Shown piece after piece: positions 45,801 through 56,344 of a stretch of DNA of 64,000 bases. The stretch lies in NCBI GenBank assembly GCA_004431415.1, contig QPMI01000687.1, positions 26,745 to 90,744 of the forward strand, given 5' to 3'. The notes below the pieces were generated by a model. That model did not search any database, was not told the origin of the DNA, and saw only the letters and a list, made by a program, of their open reading frames with translations. The position numbers and the translations under genes were made by a program. The first letter of the stretch is position 1, and every line of letters starts with the position of its first letter. This stretch comes from Cyanophora paradoxa CCMP329. Lineage: Eukaryota; Plantae; Glaucophyta.

Positions 45801-48800
45801 GCGACGGCGGGGCTCGCCGGGCGGGGCGGAGGCGCGGCGGGCGACGGCGCGGCTCGCCGGGCGGGGCGGAGGCGCGGCCGGCGGCGGGCGGGGCTCGCCG
45901 GGCGGGGCAGAGGCACAGCGGGCGGCGCGGCATCTCGCCGGGCGGCGCGGGAATCGCGGCGGGCGGCGACGATGCTCGCCGCACGCGGCGGAGCGGGCGG
46001 GGCGGCGGCGCGGCGGGCGGCGGGGCATCTCGCCGGGCGGTGCGGGAGGCGCGGCGGGCGGCGAGCACCGCAGTACTGTACTAGTCGCGTGGGCTTCCCC
46101 GAGGCTCTAGCCGCGTGCATTCGCATGTTTTCCTTCTTTAGGACGTATGTACGCCCTCAGGACGCGCCCCGCTCAGAGCTCCACCCGCGGCACGCGGCGA
46201 AGTACGCCTAGGTGCCCCCCGGTTATCACGGCGTACCGCCGCGGCGGTCGGGCCGCGGACCTTGCTCAGGCCTCAGACGGAAGGTAAACCCGCACAGGCA
46301 CCGGGTTTTCACTCAAGCGTAATGGGCCGGGCCCGCGCGCACGGGGGGGAAGCCTGCGGCTCGAGCTTGCCTGGCTGCTCATGATCAAAGACGCAGTACT
46401 CCCAGCGACTTCCCGCTTTGGGATCAAGATGTACGTAGTCTAAATACTTAATTTGTATTCAAATACCAAGCTTCGCCGAACGTTCCGGACGATGAGCAGC
46501 GCTGATCGATGTTCAACGGTTGAAGTAGAATTGATGAACGGTTGAAGTAGTCAGGTCTAGTACTCTGGTCTAAAGACTCATGATAACGTGGATCGTCCGG
46601 AACGTTCGCGCTCGCCGCGAAAATCGGTGCACACACTCTTAAGATATCATTCTTTAAGAATCTCACTCATTATATCGAAATGAAGCTCTGCTGGCTCGCT
46701 CTGTGTCGCGATCGATCGGCGTGACCATCAACCAAGGGGCCCCGGCGAAGGCGCGGCACCCAGGCGCGCGGCGCAGGCTCTGCTGGGGCCGAGAAAGCAA
46801 CAAACGAAAGCTATTTGAGTGCTTCACATGCTATACAAGGCAGCAGGCGCCGGTCCCGCCCTGGGGAGGACGGGCGTGGTTCCGCGGGCCCATCATTCTC
46901 AGGTGCCCCCCTCACTCCCTCGAGGCGATTCTTCTGTGTCGCGCCCGGCGGCCCCGGCTCACCTTATATAAACTGACTCCCAATGTAATAGATGTTGGTT
47001 CTCAGGGCTCGGATGCAGGCGCGGGGCCCGCCCTGGGGAGGACGGGCGTGGTTCCGCGGGCCCATCATTCTCAGGTGCCCCCCTCACTCCCTCGAGGCGA
47101 TTCTTCTGTGTCGCGCCCGGCGGCCCCGGCTCACCTTATATAAACTGAATCCCAATGTAATAGATGTGGGTTCTCAGGGCTCGGATGCAGGCGCGGGGCC
47201 CGCCCTGTGGAGGACGGGCGCGGTTCCGCGGGCCCATCATTCTCAGGTGCCCCCCTCACTCCCTCGAGGCGATTCTTCTGTGTCGCGCCCGGCGGCCCCG
47301 GCTCACCTTATATAAACTGAATCCCAATGTAATAGATGTGGGTTCTCAGGGCTCGGATGCAGGCGCGGGGCCCGCCCTGGGGAGGACGGGCGTGGTTCCG
47401 CGGGCCCATCATTCTCAGGTGCCCCCCTCACTCCCTCGAGGCGATTCTTCTGTGTCGCGCCCGGCGGCCCCGGCTCACCTTATATAAACTGAATCCCAAT
47501 GTAATAGATGTTGGTTCTCAGGGCTCGGATGCAGGCGCGGGGCCCGCCCTGGGGAGGACGGGCGTGGTTCCGCGGGCCCATCATTCTCAGGTGCCCCCCT
47601 CACTCCCTCGAGGCGATTCTTCTGTGTCGCGCCCGGCGGCCCCGGCTCACCTTATATAAACTGAATCCCAATGTAATAGATGTGGGTTCTCAGGGCTCGG
47701 ATGCAGGCGCGGGGCCCGCCCTGTGGAGGACGGGCGCGGTTCCGCGGGCCCATCATTCTCAGGTGCCCCCCTCACTCCCTCGAGGCGATTCTTCTGTGTC
47801 GCGCCCGGCGGCCCCGGCTCACCTTATATAAGAGTAATAGTATCAGCTTCTGGAATGCCCGGTATTAACTTGGCCTTCGCGGCCCGCTTTATAGCTAGCT
47901 AACTGTAGTGAATTGTGGACATTGTCTTGAGATTGTGCGTATATTCCACGGGAAATGTCGAGATTCGAGGAGATATTGGGGATAATGTCAAAACCGGAAA
48001 CCGGCGTGGCCCGAATTCTCGCCAGAATCTCACCAGAATTTCGCCAGAATATCCGTGATTCTCGAGATTGTGCGAGAATTTCGGGGGAAATGTCAAAACC
48101 GGAAACCGGCGTGGCCCGAATTCTCGCCAGAATCTCACCAGAATTTCGCCAGAATATCCGGGATTCTCGAGATTGTGCGAGAATTTCGGGGGGAATGTCA
48201 AAACCGGAAACCGGCGTGGCCCGAATTCTCGCCAGAATCTCACCAGAATTTCGCCAGAATATCCGTGATTCTCGAGATTGTGCGAGAATTTCGGGGGAAA
48301 ATGTCAAAATCGGCAAACGCTTTGGCCCGGCCCCGAGTTCGAATCCCAAAATTTTATCGCCGGCCTCGCTCGTCGCGAATTTTCGGGCCGTATTTTCTGT
48401 ATTTCTGTAGTGTATGTGCTCGAGTGTGGTTTTCAAGAAGGACAGGGATGCAAGGCGGGGCGCGCCGCGGCGGGGCGGGGCGGTCAGGGGCCGGCTCGGG
48501 GCGGGATTCGGCCTGTGCGCGGGCGTCAGCGCGGCTCGCGGCGGGCGGGAAGGCGGCGAGGGCGGCGCGAACCTTGCCTTAGCCCCGTCGGCACGCGCGA
48601 GGCGGGTCGCGCAGCGGCAGGGCGGGGCGGGCGGGGCATGATGTGCCTAGATAGCGCGCTATACAGCTGTACTACGGTAGGCCATCGGCTCCGGATCCAG
48701 TGAGCAACTACCGCAGTATCACGAGCGCGCGCGGCTAGGCTAGGACGAAAGCACTTCTCTGAAGCTTTTGCATGTCTTCTGACGGGCTAGCTTGCGCGGA

Positions 48801-51767
48801 GCGACACGTTGTAGGGCGATCGTACTCGCGCCACTTCCCCGGCGCCGCTACCTTGCGCTGTCGTCGCTTCGTAACAAGTCCCAAGGCTCGCCGGTACCAA
48901 GGCAGCATCGTAACACAGTCCCAAGGTTCGCCGCTGCTTGCAGCCGCGGCTGAGCCGCCACGGGCCGGGTACGCAACCGCCTGTTATCTAGAGGTTAACT
49001 AGGGAGTCCCGGTTAACTAGTCGCTAACTAGGCTCTAGCTAGCGAATTTCTCTAGCGAATCTCTAGCTAGTGGTCCCTGTGCCGGATGCATATGGACAGC
49101 TGCAGCTGCTTTCGAACCCGGATTTCGACGCCGGCCACACTTTGAACTCCGATGTCGATTCGGAATTAGAATCCGAATTAAACAGCTGCCTGTGGCCGGC
49201 GGCGCTGAGCGAGGCGCACGCGCTCCGCGCCGTCTGCAAGCGGTTCAAGGAGGCGATCGACGCGGCCGGCGGGCCGCTCGCGCTCTTTGAGGAAGCCGAA
49301 TGGGACGGGAGCGTCGAGCACTGGCTGGTGGGCCTCGAGGGCGGCGTCGACGCGTTCCTCGCGGAGCACGCGCCGCGCTTCACCGGCCTGCGCAAGCTTA
49401 TGGTTTATGTCGAAGGCAATTGCAAGCATGGGGCCCGCTTCCTCGCCGCCGTCCCTTGCTGGCCCTCCCTTCTGTCTCTCCGCCTATTTCTTCCCCCCGG
49501 GGCCACATGCGAGCTCCGGGCCTGCCTCGACGCCCTCGCAGCCGTCCCGGCCGGCAAGCTGAGCCTCGACCTCCTTGAGGCCCGTCTAGGCCCCGCGCTT
49601 GGGGTGCCCGCTTGGGCTGCCCGCGCCGTTAGGTCTGAAGATTGCGCCGCAGGTCGACGTCGACGAGGTCCGTGCACGCGCTGTTCCAGCTGATGAGTTC
49701 AGCGAGGAGACCTCGGCTCTGCTCTGGGCGATCGCCCGCCGCTGCGCCCCCTCGCTCCGCGCCCTCAGGCTATATGGAATCGCTGTCGAAGGTGACCCCT
49801 CTTGCCCCGACCACCTCGAGCTCTTCAGTGCCCTCACGCTGCGAGGCATGCGGAGGTCGCTGGGAGGACCTGCTCCCCTCGGCGGGCCTGCACGATCTTT
49901 ACCTCGAAGGGTCGCCCCGCCCCGTCGCGCTCGGCGGCCTGGAGCAGAGCGGGGCCGCCGCAACCCTCGAGACCCTCTCTGTCTATGGCGGCGGCCCGGT
50001 CGCTGAGCAGGGCGGGCCGGACTCGAGCTCGGCCCGCGCCCTCGCGATCGCCGCACTCCCCGCCCTCTCCATCCTGAAAATCGGTGTTGAAGTCGACGCG
50101 TCCCTTTCGGATATGCACATGTACACCTACCCGGGCTCCACGCCGGCCTTGCTCTTGCCTCCCCCCAAGGGCTCCTTTCCCGCTTTGCGCTCTCTCACCC
50201 TAATTATATAAGCGGCCCCGCGCTCTCTACGCGCCCCAGCGTCGAGTGGTGGGCCGCCGTCCTCGCCGGCCCCGCGGGGGCCCGCCTCGAGGGCGTGCGT
50301 GCTCTTCCACCCGCCCGCCCGGCTCGCTGCCCTCACAGGCCCCGCAGCTTTCGTTGCGTCGAGTGGGTAGCGCGGGACGCATCCTGGCGGCCCTCGGCGC
50401 CTCGGGCCCGCCCCTCGCTCTGCGCGCTCTCTCTCTGGCGCATTGCAGCTCTGGCAGTGGGGACGCGTCACGCTTTGAAGGCCTCCTCTCCGCTTGCAAT
50501 TGCCCCGCCCTCCGTGAGCTCGACATCTCGAGCTGCGACGAGGTGTCCCCCCCCTCCCCCTTCCCGCCTCTCCCTCGCCTCTCCCACCCTCCCTACCCCT
50601 TCCCTTCCCTTCCCCCCCCTCCCCCCCCCCCCCCCTTCTTCTTCCCCTCAAGAGGCCGCTCGAGCAGCTCCTCAAGAGGAAGGAGGCCGCCAGCCTGGTG
50701 ATCCTCCTGGCCCGCCTCACCGCCCTCGAGAAGCTCGCGATGTGTGACTGCGTCCAGCGCGAGGTGCCGCTGTACCCCCCGCACGTCCGTCGGACCTGCC
50801 ACCTGAGACGGCGCGGTGCCGGCAGGATGCGGATGAGTGCGTGCCTGCCACCCCTCGTCTCGTCAGCCCAGACCTTAGGCGTGCCGCAGCGCCACGGAGC
50901 TGCCTCTACCCCCCGACTCCTTCCCCTCCCTGCGCGTCCTCGAGCTCGGGGGCCCCTCAACAGTGCGCCTCGACTGCTGGGCCGCCCTCCTCGCCTCTCC
51001 CGCCGCCGCCGCCCTGCAAAGCGTGCGCCCCTCCCGCGTATCCCCCGAGCCGCGGAGGCGTCCTCTGCCCCCCCCCTCCCCTCCCCCCCCCCCAACCCCC
51101 CCCCCCCCCTCCCAACCCCAACCCCCCCCGCGCCCTGGGGGCATTCAAACCAGCCTAAAGGCATGTACAGCTGTCGCTGAGCGGCGCGCGGTGCATCCCT
51201 GTAAACGCACATCCGTCGTTGAAATATTTGGACTGGGCGTGCACGTGGAGCATGCTGGGGGCCCTCGGCGCCTCGGGCCCGTCCCCCGCCCTGCGCTGCC
51301 TCTCCCTCGACATGTGCCGCTTCGAAGCGGAGGAGGCCCCGGGCCTCGCCGGCCTCCTCGCCAGCCTTCCCGCCCTTGAGCACCTCCGCGTCCACGGCTG
51401 CCCCGAGGTGCCCCCTGCCCCGCCCCCAACTCCACAGACTCGGTACTCCAACTGACGCGGCGTGTGCGCCTGCCCGGCGAGCAGCTCGAAGAGTGCGCCC
51501 CCGCGCTTCCTCAGGGCCTCCTCCCGCCACCGAGGTTCCGCGCGGCCTGATCATGAGCGCGGCGGCAGGTTCCTGGCGGGCAGGGGCGATGCGGAGGCGG
51601 CGGGGCCGCGCCTGCTGCGGGAGCTGAAGGCGCGCGGGGCGCGCGTGGTCTGGCACCGCCCCCCGGCCCCGAGCCCCGACAACGCGGACATCGACTCCGA
51701 CAACGAGGACGACGTCGACTCCGAGGACTCCGGGTACACCAGCAGCGAAGGCGGCGGTGCGGAGTGA
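42829..51767 (+). CDS. F-box/LRR protein; intron 2 is interrupted by a 5.9-kb transposon
   Basis: F-box N-half IVMLPDELLVKILRISANE ends at 43101 before a GTCAGC donor and resumes in frame at about 49100 with ...LSEAHALRAVCKRFKEAID. LRRs follow (LRKLMV, LRALRL, FPALRSLTL, LRALSLAHC, CPALRELDISSC, LRCLSLDMC, LEHLRVHGC), then an acidic tail to the stop at 51767. Confidence 0.75.
44545..46063. repeat. GC-rich tandem array of about 40-bp units with higher-order duplications
   Basis: Unit ggcgcggcgggcg(a/g)cggcg(c/g)ggctcgccgggcggggcgga recurs at 40-bp spacing (45711, 45751, 45791, 45831, 45871). A block near 44940 recurs near 45379. Confidence 0.9.
46843..47831. repeat. 172-bp tandem repeat, about 5.7 copies
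   Basis: Near-identical units; ORF-track starts at 46992, 47164, 47336, 47508 and 47680 give the 172-bp period. Confidence 0.95.
47928..48312. repeat. 105-bp tandem repeat, about 3 copies plus partial copies
   Basis: aatgtcaaaaccggaaaccggcgtggcccgaattctcgccagaat... at about 47984, 48089 and 48194, with a partial copy near 48300. Confidence 0.92.
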
Positions 51768-51838
51768 GAACGCGGCGGGGCCGGGCCCGGCCGTCCGGGT
51801 TGTACATAAATAGCAAAGTTGTTGTAGTCAATTTAGAT

Positions 51839-51892
51839 GGGTCGAAGTCCGCATGTAAATTCAAAGGTCGAAGTCCGCATGTAAATTCAAAG
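51839..51892. repeat. Short direct tandem duplication (about 26 bp, two copies) downstream of the F-box gene
   Basis: ggtcgaagtccgcatgtaaattcaaa occurs twice in tandem. Confidence 0.8.
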
Positions 51893-52575
51893 CTTAAGGT
51901 TCAATTGCAATTGCAAGGGGCCCCGGGGCGCGTGCACGTGGGCTGGCGCCGGGTTGCGTTGGGAGTTGGCTGCGGCCGGTGAGCCGGCCTGTACATATGG
52001 CAGCGGCGTGCACGAGCACCGACTCCGACAAGAGCCCCCCCCCCCCCCCCCCCCCCCCCCCCCGCGCGGCACGCCCTTTCTACGTATATATACTCGGGAC
52101 TTTAAAGCCTTGAAGCCCTGTCACAGTGTCCCAGTGTGACCTGTGCCATGGGTGACCAGTGCCACAGACTGAGAGTGATCATGCCATGACAAGCCACCGG
52201 TACCTTGGGTTCAACGGTTTGAAACTTTGGGGGTCCTTTTCAAGGCATTACCGTAGCCTAATAGCCTAGTAGTACCAAGCTCAGCGGCTTACTTGTTAAG
52301 TCTCAGAGTCTAGATCAGGATCATCGGATGTGGCATGGCATCTGAGAGTCTACTAGTACTCTTCATTTGTTCAGTTTTCTTTGAGCCCGGCGGCCTATGA
52401 GCCTGTCACACAGTGTGCAGCTCTACGATCCGGCCGAGCCGCTGGAAACGTTAACAGCGGCGTGTGGGGAAGGGGGCAACCCCGACGTATACCTGTCTGG
52501 CCGGACCTATCCGAGCAAAAGTTTTTTCGAGCCTGTGCAGCTCCTGCGTTCGTGCTGGAGGGGCCGGGGGCGGGG

Positions 52576-55500
52576 TCAGGGGGGGGCCCCCTGGGGCTCG
52601 AGGAAGAAAGTGGCGCGGGCGCAGGCGGCGCGCTCGGTGGGCCCCGCGGCGCAGGAGACGTTGGCGGGCCCGGCGCCCCAGGCGGCCAGCGGCCGCTCCA
52701 CGCGCAGCGCGATCACCGCGAGGGCCCGCGGCGCGCGGAGACGGGCCCCGCGCCCTCCGCCGCCGCCGCCAGGAAGCCGCCGGCCGAAGGGGCGTACAGC
52801 GAGACGCAGGGGGCAGCGGCTGGGGAGTCGGCGGGGCAGGCGAGCCCCGGGACCACTGCGCGGCGCGGGGCTCGGCGGGGGCCTCGGGCGGGGGCCTCGG
52901 GCGGGGCGGGGCGGGGCGGGGCGGGCACGGCGGAAGGAGCTGTCGAGGCCTGCTGGCGGTCGGCGGCGAAGGTCTCCAGGAGGACCCGCCCGTGCGCGTG
53001 CCGCACCACGCGGCCCCGCATCGCCCCCGCCCCCGCCCCGCCAGCGTGACCTCCTCGCCGGCGCGCCCCTGGGGCGCCAGCGCCGCCTCCGCCGCCGGGG
53101 CCAGCGCGGGGAGGAGCTGCAGCGGGGCCGCCGGGTTCCAGGGGGGGCCAGCACCAGCGCCGCCCTGGCCCCGCCCCGCGCCCCGCCCCGGTGGGACTTG
53201 GGGCGGTGGGAGGGGCGGGGGCGGGGCCCGCACGGGCGCTCGGGGCGAGCATGGCGGCGGCGGCGTCGCTCGGGCCGCGCGCCTCCCACCGCTGCCCCGC
53301 CCGTCCACGTGCACCAGCCGCACCAGCGCCGCCTCCGCGCCTGCCCCGGCGCCCTCACGAGGCGGGCCGCGGCGGGAGCTCGGGCGGGGGCGGGGGCGCG
53401 CACGGGGGACGCAGGGGCAGCCGGCGAGGCCGGCGTGGTCCACCACTGTCACCCGCCCCCGTCACCCCGCATCGGCGGGGGCGCCGGGGGCGCCGGGGCG
53501 CCCGGGGCGCGCCGGGTGCCATGCGGTCGAGCGGCCGGGGCGGGAAGCCGAGGAGGGCGGCGTAGCGGGTGAGGACGCTGCGGGCGGGTCAGGCGGGGCG
53601 CGGGGCGGGGACGGGCGCGGGCGTGGGACGGGCGCGGGGCGGGCCGGGCGGCGTAGGCGAGGACGTGCTGCGGCTGCAGCTGCTCCCCCGCGAACTGCCC
53701 GGCCCCGGGCTCGCCCGCGGGGCGCGGGCGGGGATGGGGCGGGAGGCGGGGCGGGCGGACGCGGGCCCCCGCGTCGGCGATGGCGCGGGCCTCGGCCTCG
53801 TGCTGGCGGGCCCAGCTGGGTGCGGGGCGTGGGGCGTGGGGCGGGCGGGGGGCGGGGCGGGCGGGCCGGGCGGACGCGACGCGCTCCTCGACGTCGGCGA
53901 GGTCGTAGCGCAGCGGCACGAAGTGCTCCCACGCCCGCACCTGCCCGCCCCCGCCCCGCCTGCTCCCTCGCCCCCCGCCCCCGCCCCCGCCCGCCCCGCG
54001 CGGCAGTGCGCACGAAGGGGTAGTAGAACTCGTAGAACTGCGGGGGGCGGGCGGGGGGCGGCGGTGGCGTGAGGCGGGGGGCGCGGGGCCGCCGAGGGCC
54101 ACGGGGGCGCACGGGGGAGGTCTGCTTGAAGGGGACGCCGTCGCTCGCGAGGAACGCCGCTGCGAACGCCGGCCACCTCGGGGCCCGCTGGGCGCCCGGC
54201 CGCCCGAGGAAGGGCGACGGGGCGCACCGAATCTGCCGGCGGGGATGTGAGCACCTCGGGCACGGCTCGCGGGGGCGGGGGCCGGGGCGGGGGCACCGGC
54301 CGGAGCAGCCGTTGCCGTCAACGGTGGCGAGGAAGGCGTAGTCGCGCATCTGGTCCCTCAGCGCCATGAACGGCGCCCGGTTCTGCCCCCGCCCCTCAGC
54401 CGCCGCGGGGCGCCGGCGCGGGGCCGGGCCGGCGGGCGGCGGGCCTCCGGGGCAGCACGACGGCGGCGATGGGCGCGCTCATCGGGTACGACGTCCTGCC
54501 GCCCCCGGTGAGGCGCGGGCTGGGGCGGGGCCGGGGCGGGCCGGGGCAGGGGCACGAGAAGCGGGCATCGACGAGGTCGGGTCGGTCGCGCGAGAGCCGC
54601 ACGAGCCGCGGCCGCGGGAAGAACCGGTAGTCCTGCAACCGCCCCGCCTCAGCACCCCGCCCCGCCGCCGCCGTTCCGCCGGCGCGGCCGGCGGGCGCCG
54701 CGGCACCTCCAGCGTGTAGGGGTCGGCCTTCCAGCGGCCCTGCCGGCGCCCCGACCCCAGGTGAGACGGCGGCCCCCGGCGAGGGCGAGGGCGAGGGCGG
54801 GGCGGGGGGCGGGCCGTGGTGGTGCCCCGCCAGAAGAGGCGGCGGCGGTCCTTCTCGGACCAGGGGCGGCGCTCGCGCTGGCGCATGGTGCCCCAGCCGA
54901 GCCACTCGGAGGAGAGGAAGAAGCCGTCCGGCAGGAGCACGTCGTTGTGCGCCTGCCCCGGCCCCTCAGCCGCCCTCCGCTGCACCCCGCCCCGCCCATC
55001 CCCCCCGCACCTCTGTCTTGACGACCCCGAAGAGGGGGATGGGATCTGTGCGGGCAGGGGCGCATGAGAGGCCGGCTGCGCGGGGAGCTCGGAGGGAGCG
55101 AGGAGCCGCCCGCACCGTGCTTGGTGATCTGGGGCCGGTCCGCGAGGCCGACCTGGGGCGCCCCGGGGCGCTCAGGGCGGGGCCCGGGGCGGGCGGGGGC
55201 GGGCGGGCGGGCGGGGTGCAGAGGCGGCACCGCGAAGTCGACGTCGGGGACCTCGACGTGGCGCAGCAGCACGAGCAGCTGCCCCGCCCCCCCGGCCGCC
55301 CGGTCGCCTCACATGCGGCCCGGGGCGCGGGCAGCGCGAGCGCACCAGGTTCGTCAGCGACACCAGGTTCGCCTGCCTGGGCGCCTTCGACCTCACGAAA
55401 AGCCGCCCGCCGTGGATCACGAAGCGCGCTGCGGCGGGCCGCACGTCAGGCCGCGCAGAGGCTGCGGCGGGAGGCGCGCGCACCCGTCGCGTACTGCTCG

Positions 55501-56050
55501 GCCTCGTCCACGAGGGCGCGGGATATGTTCCCCTCCCGCCAAATCCCGAGGTCCGCCCGCACCCGCTCCTCGTGCAAGGCCGCCGGGCACGAGACGCGCG
55601 CGCAGAAGATCTCCTGCCCCACGGGAGGCACCGCGCTTGGCTCGCAGAGGCAGTCCGCAACTGCGCGCGTGCGTACGCAACTCCGGCCACCAAACGCGCC
55701 CGCAGAACGTGCCCGCACCTCGCTCGCAGGTGTTCCCGGCCCGACCCGCAAAGCACCGGCACACCGGCGCGCCGTCGGCCAACTCTTGCACTCCGAAGTT
55801 TGAGCACAGCGCCGCGGCTGTGGACGAATTGGCGCTCGGCGCTTCTGCAGAGGGCGGTGAGCCCGACGCTGTGAGCGCTAGAGTGGAGACCGGAAGCCGC
55901 ACCGTTCGCGTACGTGGCCGACAGTGCTCGTCGTTCGGCAGCGGCAGGCACGGCGCGCGCAGACGGTCGCCGGAAGAATGAGAGAAGCAAGATTGAACCG
56001 AGCAAGAGCACAAGCGACAGGGCGCGCCGGCGATCCCGGCGAGAAAGCAT
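52576..56050 (-). CDS. Glycosyltransferase family 90 (CAP10/POGLUT/KDELC-like), type II membrane protein
   Basis: N-terminal TM helix (RRALSLVLLLGSILLLSFF), Cys-rich EGF-like stem, VPDVDFA|VGLADRP, DVLLPD, PWSEK..LFWRGTTT, RPRLVRLSRDRPDLVDARF, YAFLATVDGNGCSGR, FYEFYYPF|VRAWEHFVP, WARQHEAEARAIA. 3' end approximate. Confidence 0.85.
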
Positions 56051-56344
56051 GGTGGAGCGCGCGGGACGCGGGGCGCAGATGAATGCGCTACTCCTCACGT
56101 TGCGCGGGAGCTGCGCGTGGCTCTCTAGATCGCAGAGTTAGAGTTAACAAAAGTTCGTTTTGGGGGTACGCTGACGGAAGTGCGACTTCGGTTCCAGCAC
56201 GTTGCTCGCTGCGATCAGATTGTCACGAGGAAGCGCTAAGTTTCGCGTCGAGGTCCCGCTCCGGCGAGCGCCAGCGCGCCAGCAGCTCGCAGAGAGCAGC
56301 AGCCCCGACCGCGTCAGCGGCGCGGGACCCGTAATTCTAAAGCT

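Larger units (their letters stand above)
43158..49081. mobile_element. CACTA/CMC-like non-autonomous DNA transposon (5924 bp) with CACAG termini
   Basis: 3-bp target-site duplication CCG at 43155-43157 and 49082-49084. Terminal inverted repeats CACAGGGACGAATAGCTAG and CACAGGGACCACTAGCTAG (17/19 identical). CTAG-containing subterminal repeats at 43170-43340 and 48984-49070. No recognisable transposase. Confidence 0.82.

Noticed and set aside
43340-46840. Transposase gene inside the CACTA-like element (ORFs 44107-44430, 46448-46666)
   Set aside because: I recognise no DDE/TnpD or other motifs. A profile search could still reveal decayed fragments.
44545-48312. CRISPR-like reading of the three tandem arrays
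   Set aside because: Units are contiguous near-identical repeats without unique spacers, there are no cas genes, and the context is eukaryotic.
47843-48436. 197-aa repeat protein from the 105-bp array
   Set aside because: The unit length is a multiple of 3 and several frames on both strands are open, so the ORFs follow from the repeat itself.
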